Below, piece by piece: positions 1 through 9,745 of a DNA stretch of 64,000 nt (position 1 is the first letter of the stretch; each line of letters begins with the position of its first letter). The position numbers and the translations under genes are program-made. Below the pieces are notes generated by a model, which had not been told where the DNA came from, made no database searches, and worked only from the letters and a program-made list of their open reading frames with translations. The stretch comes from Octopus vulgaris (taxonomy: Eukaryota), in assembly GCA_951406725.2 (NCBI GenBank), contig OX597816.1, forward strand, positions 174,902,001 to 174,966,000. Reading direction: 5' to 3'.

Positions 1-533
1 GCAGTGGCTCTCATGGCTTCTGATCTTAACTGATTGGAAGGGTTATCATGTACATTGTTTTGTTTTGGTATAAAAGATGGGCTACAGCAAATATTCTGCT
101 CAATACCACAGATTTGATTGTCAGTTGTTTGACCTTAACCAGTTGAGCATGTCCCTTAGTGGCTGACGATATGCGCATCTCTGATCACGAGCAGAAGTAG
201 TGGGGGTGCAACATAGCCATGTGTTGAGAGGAATTCTTTGGGGTTTGAATAATTCACGTCTGGAAGCCTAGGTGTTTCATTCAACATTCTTAAACAACCC
301 TTATTCAGGGACCTTTTGAGTGGGATGGGCTACTCAGCCTGATGAAAATTCTAACTGGGCCCCACCTGCAAGGTCATGTGCTGTTTATCTTGATATGAGA
401 TCACCATGTCGCTCACATATGGTTGTGACGCATGTGCCTGGTGTACCCCTATCAGATGGGTAGTCATGATAGGTATATTGGGCTTCATATATTTTATCCT
501 AGTGTCACTTTGATGGCAAGCATTGCTCTCTCA
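1..533 (+). repeat. Interspersed repeat ending in (AAT)n; a second, inverted copy lies at about 38575-39001
   Basis: About 430 bp aligns to the reverse complement of 38575-39001 (e.g. gggccccacctgcaaggtcatgtgctgtttatcttgatatgagatcaccatgtcgc). Confidence 0.8.
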
Positions 534-534
534 C

Positions 535-589
<55 letters not shown>

Positions 590-618
590 CAACAATAATA
601 ATAATAATGATTATAATA
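535..618. repeat. (AAT)n microsatellite
   Basis: Direct inspection. Confidence 0.95.
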
Positions 619-619
619 A

Positions 620-1267
620 ACATGTAACTGCAGAATATGTGGAGATGGACAAGAAACAATAAATCATATTATCTCTGGCTGCCCAGTCCTGGCTAAGAAG
701 GAATATATTCACTGGCTCGACAGATTTGGGACCTATATACACTGGAAGCTATGCCAACACTAACAGAAAAAAGATGGTATAGGCACACGCCAGAAAAGGT
801 CACAGAAAATGAGAAAGCAACCATACTACGGAATATGCCAAAACACACAAATAGAGAAATTAAGGCTAATAGGCCAGATATAGTTGTCAGAGATCACCAA
901 GAAAAAATGTTTTCTAATTGATGCATCAATACCAACAGATGACAATGTTTCTTTAAAAGAAACAGAAACTTTCAAAATACAAAGTCTGGAAATAGAGGTA
1001 ACTCGAATGTGGAGTCTAAAAACAGAAACAATTCCTATCATAGTAGACGCATTAGGTATGATAAAAAAATATTCAGACAAATACACAACAAAAATACCAG
1101 GACTAACAAGTATATATAACATACAGAAAATAGCACAACTGGGCACTGCACACAACCTATGTAAAACACTTTCAATACAGTAACCATCAGAGCATCACAG
1201 CAAACCACAGCACATACCCAAGGCACACAAAGCACATGATAAAAATAGTAGTAGTAATAATAATAAT
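620..1267 (+). mobile_element. 3' fragment of an R4/Dong-clade non-LTR retrotransposon (CCHC finger plus restriction-like endonuclease), degenerate
   Basis: CRIC...HIISGC finger, RPDIVV...CFLIDASIP.D.N...IPIIV.ALG. Flanked on both sides by (TAA)n. Confidence 0.75.
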
Positions 1268-2139
1268 TTCTCAAACACGGCATTTTATTTTACAGACCTC
1301 AGAAAGATAAAAGCGTCTCAGTTTAATCCATTGTTTGACCTTCATGGAATTTGAACATGGGACATATGAAGCCAAAATAAATGCCATAAGAAATTTTGTT
1401 TAATGCTCCAATGATTCTACGATCTATTGCTCATGCCATATGTAGCCCTAATAATATTTCCTTATGTAGGCATAACATCAACAGTTTGAAAGTAAGGGTT
1501 AGATCAATTAAATCAGCCTAATATTTTACTGATACTTTATTTTGTTGATCCCAGAAGAATGAGAGGCAAAATTAACCTTGGCAGAATTTGAACTCAGAAC
1601 ACAAAGAGTTCAAATAATAGTAATATTAATTATTTCTAAGATGCACAAGACCAGAAACTTTGGGGAATCTGCTGCAAGAAAAGACAAAAACAGTAAATGA
1701 GTAAATCAAAACCAAAGATGACATACATTGCTTCACAGTTCATGGAAGTATCAAAAAATTTCAAATAAAAAGGAAGCAAAAATATAGAAATAAAACTCCA
1801 TTTTTTTTCCTTCTGAATCAAAATAACTCTAAAGTTCATTTGCAAAGTCAAGGGGGTGTGTGCATGCGAGAGAGAGAGAAATAATTGGGATGTCAATAAT
1901 AAAACACAAAGTATGTTTGTAACTGCAAAACAAACATGTTTTCAAGAATTAAGTTTTTTTCTTTCACTTGACAAAATAATTTCAAGATTCAAACTATTTC
2001 AAAATGTTTTGTCACATAAGAAAAAAAAAAAGAAGAAACCAAATTCTCTCTTTTCTCTCTGATCTCCAGCAGGCAGGGCTATCCTTTTTATATCTTTGCA
2101 CACTATCTGTAGCTTCATTTTGGTCTCATTATGTCTTTT

Positions 2140-2174
2140 CTACCGCCATATACGGCAGCTGTTATCTTTACTAC
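2140..2174 (-). CDS. DAW1: DAW1 terminal coding exon (GSKDNSCRIWR*)
   Basis: tgtacag|GT AGT AAA GAT AAC AGC TGC CGT ATA TGG CGG TAG. Phase 1 matches the preceding exon; the human C-terminus is GSKDNTCRIWR. Confidence 0.93.
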
Positions 2175-2292
2175 CTGTACAATGAATAGAACCAAAATTA
2201 TTAGCATCCATTAAAAGTTATTTTTAGGAAGTACAAAGTCAGAAATGATACAGCATTGAATTAAACTCTTAACAATATTTAGTTCTATTCTG

Positions 2293-2733
2293 TCTTTTAC
2301 TCTCTTTTACTTGTTTCAGTCATTTGACTGCGGCCATGCTGGAGCACCACCTTCTAATCGAGCAACTCGACCCTGGGACTTATTCTTTGTTAGCCCAGTA
2401 CTTATTCTATCGGTCTCTTTTTGCTGAACCGCTAAGTGATGGGGACATAAACACACCAGCATCAGTTGTCAAGTAATGCTAGGGGGACAAGCACAGACAC
2501 ACAAACACACACACATACATACATATATAAATATATATATATACGACGGGCTTCTTTCAGTTTCCGTCTACCAAATCCACTCACAAGGCTTTGGTCGGCC
2601 CGAGGCTATAGTAGGTCGGCCCTACTTTGGTCGGCCCGAGGCTATATAGACACTTGCCCAAGGGTCCATGCAGTGGGACTGAACCCGGAACCATGTGGTT
2701 GGTAAACAAGCTACTTACCACACAGCCACTCCT
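2293..2733 (-). mobile_element. tRNA-derived SINE, family A
   Basis: Head with A/B-box-like motifs (tggctgtgtggt ... ggttcagtcc), central microsatellite and (GAGTAAAA)n tail; at least 8 copies in the window. Confidence 0.85.
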
Positions 2734-2885
2734 ATCTATTTTATGAGTGCAAATCTTTATAAAAATTAACCCTAATTTTGTACTGAAATTGATTTAATTC
2801 ATTTACATTCCTTTCCTTCAATATGAAGATTATTTATTAAACTAGTTCAATACTTATTGCTATGCTGCTAGATAAAAATATTTCT

Positions 2886-3043
2886 TGGCTGTGTAGTAAA
2901 TAGCTTGCTTACCAACCACATGGTTCCAGGTTCAGTCTCACTGCGTGGCACTTTGGGCAAGTGTTCTCTACTATAGCCTCAGGTCGACCAAAGCCTTGTG
3001 AGTGGATTTGGTAGATGGAAACTGAAAGATGCCCTTCATATGT

Positions 3044-3116
<73 letters not shown>

Positions 3117-3330
3117 TGTGTGTGTGTGTGTGTGTTGTTCCCCCAACATCGCTTGACAACTGACGTTGGTGTGTTCACGTCCCCATAACTTAGCAGTTCA
3201 GCAAAAGAGACCGATAGAATAAGTACTAGGCTTATAAAGAATAAGTCCTGGGGTCGATTTGTTTGACTAAAGACAGTGCTCCAGTATGGCCACAGTCAAA
3301 TGACTGGAACAAATAAAAAAATAAAAGAAT
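2886..3330 (+). mobile_element. SINE family A with an expanded (GT)n
   Basis: Same consensus as the copies at 14432 and 31671. Confidence 0.85.
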
Positions 3331-3650
3331 ATACCTTCATAAATTGTGCAAATAATGTTTAGATTGACTTTCTTGGTGAACATTAAATAATAGTTTGAAT
3401 ACTGTTGAAGAATAACATTTATTTAAAACACTAACAGATTTGCACTTAAAAATTTGTGGTTTTAATCAAAACTTGTTAGTTACTTCAGTGACAACAATAC
3501 ATACCTACCTCTTTATCTGTCTTTCACATGCATGCACTCATGCACACACACACTCACTGTATTTCTCTCTCAACAACCCTTCCTCTTCCCCTTGTTTTAT
3601 TCAAAGCGAAAGTCTGTATTGCATTTTTTATATGTTGAAAGACACACAAA

Positions 3651-3698
<48 letters not shown>

Positions 3699-3786
3699 AA
3701 TAAGCAAACAATCAAAAAGAAAAAAAAAACTATATATCTTTCAAAACTTCTCATTCACAATGGTGACAACACTACCTATCTAGCTA

Positions 3787-3833
<47 letters not shown>

Positions 3834-4823
3834 CTCTCTCTCTCTCTCCTCTCTTAACAACAACTCTTCCTGTTCCCTCTTTCTAATAGATGTTGTGAAA
3901 GACAGACACAGAGATCCATTTGTCCTTTGTAATATAAGATTACCACATTTACACATCTCCTAAAAGAAGAAATCTCTCTTCATATGGTGATCAGTTCCAT
4001 GCACAGAAAATGGCAAAGGTGAAAGAGGTCAAACTACTGAACACAACCTAAGCTATGATACATCTTAGCTATGATCTTTAGTTATGGCCAGTGCTGGAAA
4101 AGACCCATAAAAGATCTAAGCACTTATGATTTTGGTGTAATTCAAAATATAAACAATAATAAACCATAAAATCAATTTATATTTTCCAAAATGAAACAAA
4201 ACTAACAGAAAGATGGATAATAATGTTAATTTTTTATACTTCCACTTTATATTTGAAAAGTTTTCTCCTACTTTTTTTAATTGCAAAGTTTTTGATCAGA
4301 TCCTCAAATGAGATCCTGCTTCTAGACTTAGTAGAAATAAGGCATTCCAAATATTATTTTAGCATGCAATTTCTTCCTTTTTTTTTTATCATTTCATTAT
4401 ATGTAAACCCCTACACTTTATGTCTTTGTATTGTCTCCCTCATCCTCCACCCTGATGGTAAATAAAAGAAATCATCATCATCATCATTATTACTTTTGAG
4501 ATTTTTACATGAATACAACTTATATAAGTCAAATGGTACACATGCCATGAAAAATGTTATTGCAGTCAGACTCTATCGTTAATACAACTCTATCATTGTC
4601 CTTTCTGTTATAGGCACAAGTCCTGAAATTTTGAGGGAAGGGGATAGTTGATTACATCAACCCCAGTGCTCAACTGGTGCTTATTTCATCAACCCCAAAA
4701 GGATGAAAGTCAAAGTTGACCTTGGTGGAATTTGAACTTAGAATGTGAAGCTGGAAGAAATGTCACTAATAATTCTGTTAGCTTGCTGCCTTAATGATAA
4801 TAAAATCATTATAGCCATTAAAA

Positions 4824-5302
4824 ATGCACATAGTGTCTATCTATGATGTTTCTCCATTAGTGAATGAAGCTCATGTGTCCGCATGCATTCCACGCATTAT
4901 TATTGCTGGTTTTCAGAGCACTAGAATTCTGCCATTCAATAGTGACATATTTTCAGATGGAGATTATGCACCAGCAGATGTCTCAGGCAAAGAATATCAT
5001 GCAGGTTCGGATCCAAATGGAAGCACAGCAGGCCCAGCAAGGAACCCTGATGCACCCACAGCAGGCCCAGCAGAGAACCCTGATGCACCCACAGCAGGCA
5101 TGGCAGGGAATCCTGATGTACCTACAGCAGGCCCAGCAAGGTACCCTGATGAATCCATAGCAGGCCCAGCAAGGAACCCTGATGCACCCACAGCTAGCCC
5201 AACAGGGAACCCTACTATAAATACTGTGGGTTATTACAACCCCAGATGCTGGTCCATCATCTACATATGTATCACCTAGGGATATACAGCCTTTACCTAA
5301 AT
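4824..5302 (+). repeat. Duplicated fragment of the pogo-like transposase region (copy of about 7370-7853), including the 33-bp minisatellite
   Basis: Near-identical to 7370-7853 (ILPFNSDIFSDGDYAPADVSGKEYHAGSDPNG followed by AGPARNPDAPT repeats). Confidence 0.9.
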
Positions 5303-6375
5303 TCAATTGTTTTACTAAGCTAAATGGTAGAGCAGCAGATTAAATGACTTGTACTCAGTTATGCACCTTTACACTTGAGTATGCTTTTGCTTTTCATGCT
5401 TTCATGGTAAATAAGTACCAGTCTTGTACTAGGCTTGATCTAATCAACTGTGTTTCTCCACAACATTTATGGCTGTGTACCTATGTTAGAAATAATTATT
5501 TTGTAATAATAATATTATATACAACAAAGTAGCAAATTATCTCACTATATGCCTATGATCTGGTTATAGAGTTGAGAAACTTGAAGAATTTAAGTACTCA
5601 TTATTATTTAACCCGAGATCAATTCTGATTGTGCAGTTCTATAATTACATCCACTCCACCTGTGACCATCCTATCCTTTTTTTAGGACTAAAACTGCAGG
5701 GTATGATTTGAAAGATATTTGGATATTTTTTTAGCAAGTCATGCAATCACTTAGAGCAGTGGTTCTCAACTGGGGTCCATATAAGATTTTTGGGGGTCCA
5801 TACAACAAAATAGTAAACTGGAGATCCACAGTAGTATTTTAAGGGCCCCTGAAAAAATTTTACTTTAGATGTATGTATTGGTATGTATTGCAAGAAACAG
5901 CTAAGTTTCTTTCTCTAACATTTTAGAGGAGATCCAGGTGAGTTGAGCCACAAGGAGAGTTGATCCACCCCCTAGAACTACTACTTGCATTCCAGAAAGA
6001 AAGTTCAAACGTCCTCTGTTGGTAGAGTGTCACATATTTTTCTTTTCAGTTAAGGCAAATAACAGCTCTATGGACATGAGGTGAAGGAAGAGAATTGTCC
6101 AAGAAAGTGAATTTCAGAGCTAGAGGTAAGACCCTTTCTATTAATTACATAGGAACAGTTATTTTTGTGGCATTGTAGGCAACATGTAGCCTATGCATTG
6201 TAGATTTATTGAGGAGGTTTTGATCGAATTTGACACAACTGCCTTGAAGTGAGTCAAAGGACATGTCAAAATGGCTGACCTGGGGAGAGATGAGCCATTA
6301 ATCACTAGGAGACTAGGTCCATGGCTCAACTCTCCTTTTTTCTAAATTGAGATATTATTTACATCTTTTCAGACA

Positions 6376-8420
6376 ATGCCACAGATCTACAAAAGGAAAT
6401 CGGATTGTGGGAGTGATGCGCTATTGCTTAATTGAGCAGCAAAAGCAGTCCAAGAGGGGAACAGTGTTTGGGCTGCCACACAAGCATTTGATGGAGACGG
6501 AATGACACTCGAGCAGTTTATGGATAGACAGAAAAGTGATCCTCAAGGAGAAAACGGATATAAGAACTGTCAACTGAAGAATATGATATTCCTCCCAGAA
6601 ATGGAAAGCGAGCTAGCAGATCACACAAAAACAACAAGCTTCGAAAGACAAATGTCAAAGCTTAGTGTATGAATATGCTGTGGAGAATGGAATTGATGTT
6701 CCTGATAACTGGAAAACAAGCAAAAAAACAGGGTAAAGTTTACAGTTGAGCTTCAAAAGTCACCATAACTGTGTTTAATTGTCATACCGTGTGCCAGTTT
6801 TACAATAACCTTGCCGAAGTAATGAATCGACACAGATTTGAAGCACAGGATATATACAATCTTGATGAAACAAGATGCCATACTGTATAAAAGCCTGGAA
6901 TCATGAAAGTTGGCTCAGTCACATCGGGCGAAAGAGGTGAATTGGTGACTGTTGTTAACGCTGTCAATGCTGGTGGTGGAGTGCTTCTGCCCTTCCTGAT
7001 TTTTCCCTGTGTGAACTATTGTGATCATTTCATACATGGAGCACCAGTGGGCTCCAATGGGCTCCAATGGAGAAGCCACAAGATCAGGATGGTTCAATGA
7101 ATAAACTTTTGTGAAGTACCTTCAATCATTTCATGAAACAAACACATTGCTCTCCAGACAGAAAGATGTTCCTCATTCTAGATAATCATGACGCTCATGT
7201 TTCAATAGCAGCAGTTGAGAAGGCAAAGGCAAATGGCATTGTGCTGTTAACAATCACCTCACACACACCCCACAAACTTCAACCCTCAGACAAGACGATA
7301 TATGGACCATACAAAAGGGCCTACTCATGAGCAAAGAATGGGTGGATGCGATCCAATCCTGGCAAAACGGTGTCCACCTATGATGTTTCTCTGTTAGTGA
7401 ATGTCTCTGTTAGTGAATAAAGTTCAAATGTCAGTATGCATTCAACGTAATATTCTCACAGGTTTTCAGAGCACTGGAATTCTGCCATTCAATAGTGACA
7501 TATTTTCAGATGGAGATTATGCACCAGCAGATGTCTCAGGTAAAGAATATCATGCAGGTTCAGATCCAAATGGAAACACAGCAGGCCCAGCAAGGAACCC
7601 TGATGCACCCACAGCAGGCCCAGCAGAGAACCCTAATGCACCCACAGCAAGCATGGCAGGGAATCCTGATGTAACCACAGCAGGCCTGGCAAGGTAGCCT
7701 GATGAATCCATAGCGGGCCCAGCAAGGAACCCTGATGCACCCACAGCTAGCCCAGCTGGGAACCCTACTATAAACACTGTGGGCTATTACAACCCCAGAT
7801 GCTGGTCCATTATCTACATATGTATCACCTAGGGATATACAGCCTTTACCTAAAGCAGGGCCCCAGAAGATGAAAGTTCCCAACAGAAAGAGAAGTAGTA
7901 CTAAAATATTGACTGACACACCACTTAGAGATGAGATTGCAGCAGCAAAAGTAGCCAGAGAAAGGAAGAATGAAGCCAAGAAACTCTCTGCCACAGCAAA
8001 GAAATCTTTGTTCACAAAGATCACAAGAATCAACAGCAAAATGATGCCATATGATGACAGTACATTGTCCAATGAAAGTGAGTCTGAGATGAAAATAATT
8101 TATGACAACATTGATGACACTGGAGAAGAAGATCAGAGTATCATCAAAGATGATTTTGTCATAGTCAAAGTCTCAGGGAATCTTTCACTACATCGCGAGA
8201 GTTGATGAGTTTGAAGGAGATGAGTTTGAAGGAGATTTTCTTCGTTGTGTGTTGAGCATGCATAACTGCTCTACATTTGTTGTAGATGCCAAGGATGAAG
8301 CACTTTGGTCAAAGTCAGACATCGCAAAGAATTACAAATGCCAGCCATTCTTGGAACATCCCGCCGCACATATTTTCAGTTTCACTGTAATCTCAATGGG
8401 TGGAACCTGCAGTAATTTTG
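6376..8420 (+). pseudogene. pogo-like transposase pseudogene
   Basis: MPQIYKRK start, IYNLDET, ERGELVTVVNAVNAGG, LILDNHDAH, HKLQPSD...YGPYK; many stops and frameshifts. Confidence 0.82.
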
Positions 8421-8664
8421 GCATCAACTTTGACATCTTGTGTTCTTAACATTCTATATTTCTTTGGACTCCGAGTGATTGTTTGACTCGAGAAGAGTGT
8501 TGAAACTTGCCTTTCCCTATGTTTTGCTTAATATTTGACTGTTTTTAGATTCTGTTAGCAAATGTCATCGTATTTCTATTCACAAAATCACGCATAATTA
8601 TGGCAACAATTATCATTGTACCAGCACTTTATACTAGGCAATGCAGGTAAATTCACAAGCAAAA

Positions 8665-8939
8665 TGTGGTGTGGTGTTGAAGGAGTGTGACGGAGCGGGA
8701 GGGAGCGGAAGTGGGTCTTGCAGGTCTTGCAGGGCGCATGCGCCGGCGGAAGCGGAAGTGACAGACAGAACGCACGTGCGGCATTGACCAGGCCAGACAG
8801 ACTCGAGAACGACGCGAAGACGACAAGATGCTAGCAAGTTGGCTGAAGGCGAATCCGACTTCATCTCCTCAGGTAAGACCAAATTACACTTCTAATTCTT
8901 TCCTTGTTCTGTTACGCTCCTTTCACCACACATATTACA
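8665..8939 (+). repeat. 5' LTR
   Basis: Four substitutions relative to 12643-12917 by eye, all transitions, three at CpG. Confidence 0.95.
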
Positions 8940-8951
8940 AGCTATTTCGGC
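8940..8951 (+). promoter_or_regulatory. Atypical primer-binding site AGCTATTTCGGC, complementary to nt 1-12 of tRNA-Phe
   Basis: Abuts the 5' LTR. Its reverse complement GCCGAAATAGCT is the 5' end of metazoan tRNA-Phe(GAA). No TGG-type PBS is present. Confidence 0.7.
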
Positions 8952-8989
8952 AAAATAATCACTCGGTTTCGTAAAAAAAAAAAAAAATT

Positions 8990-9745
8990 ATGCAGGCTGC
9001 TATGATTTCACGCGACCCTATAACACCGTTTTGCGGCGACACCGACGTGGTCGCTTGGTTGAGGAGGGTAAAATTGGTGGCGAAGCTACACGGCATAGCT
9101 GACCTGGCTAGTTTTATGCCGTTGTATTTGGATGGCCCGGCGTTGGCGTTATATCTGGAGATGGAGGAGACGGACCAACTCAGCGCGGACAAGGTGGAGA
9201 TCCGACTTATGGAGGCCTTCGCGGAAGGAATGTTTGAAGCGTACACTCGACTGGGTAGAATGAGGTGGACAGGACAACAGGTGGACGTGTTCGCCGGCGA
9301 GCTTAGAAGGTTGGCTAAACTTGCGGGATATGAGGGAGAGTCGCTAGAACGCACGGTCAGGTTAGCGTTCGTGACCGGCTTTCCCGACATCATGTCGGTC
9401 GAGCTACAGAAGCTCCCGAACGTGCGTTCGATACCGATGGCCGAGATCATATCGCGGGCATGTGTACTGGTGTCGTGCAGCAGGTTGATGTCGGTAGCAG
9501 CGACTGTAACGTCGAAAAGTGGCCCAGCTAGGAGCAACGGAGAGGGGCTGGGGAAAGAACGCGTGCGATCGTTCAAGGGACAGTGTTTCCGGTGCCAGGG
9601 CCCACACATGGTCCGTGACTGCGCGTCGCCCAAGCCTGAGGTGATTTGCTACCGGTGTCGAGAGCCGGGGCATGTGGCCAGCGAGTGTCTGCGGGGAAAC
9701 GGACCGCGGGAGACTACTGCGCCGGTAGTTGTCCCTTTGGATTAG
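8990..9745 (+). CDS. gag: Gag with two CCHC zinc knuckles, 251 aa
   Basis: CFRCQGPHMVRDC and CYRCREPGHVASEC. Confidence 0.92.
   Translation: MQAAMISRDPITPFCGDTDVVAWLRRVKLVAKLHGIADLASFMPLYLDGPALALYLEMEETDQLSADKVEIRLMEAFAEGMFEAYTRLGRMRWTGQQVDVFAGELRRLAKLAGYEGESLERTVRLAFVTGFPDIMSVELQKLPNVRSIPMAEIISRACVLVSCSRLMSVAATVTSKSGPARSNGEGLGKERVRSFKGQCFRCQGPHMVRDCASPKPEVICYRCREPGHVASECLRGNGPRETTAPVVVPLD

Noticed and set aside
432-3783. ORFs with poly-N, poly-HT or poly-CV tracts (also at 35676-36276 and elsewhere)
   Set aside because: Translations of (AAT)n, (CA)n and (TA)n microsatellites and of SINEs; no splice or homology support.
5027-5215. 33-bp repeats, and the RTE 3' UTR repeat-spacer units, as a CRISPR-like array
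   Set aside because: Eukaryotic context, no cas genes; the units are tandem or have mutually related spacers.
8940-8960. Tf1-type self-priming PBS
   Set aside because: No complement of AGCTATTTCGG was found within the LTR.
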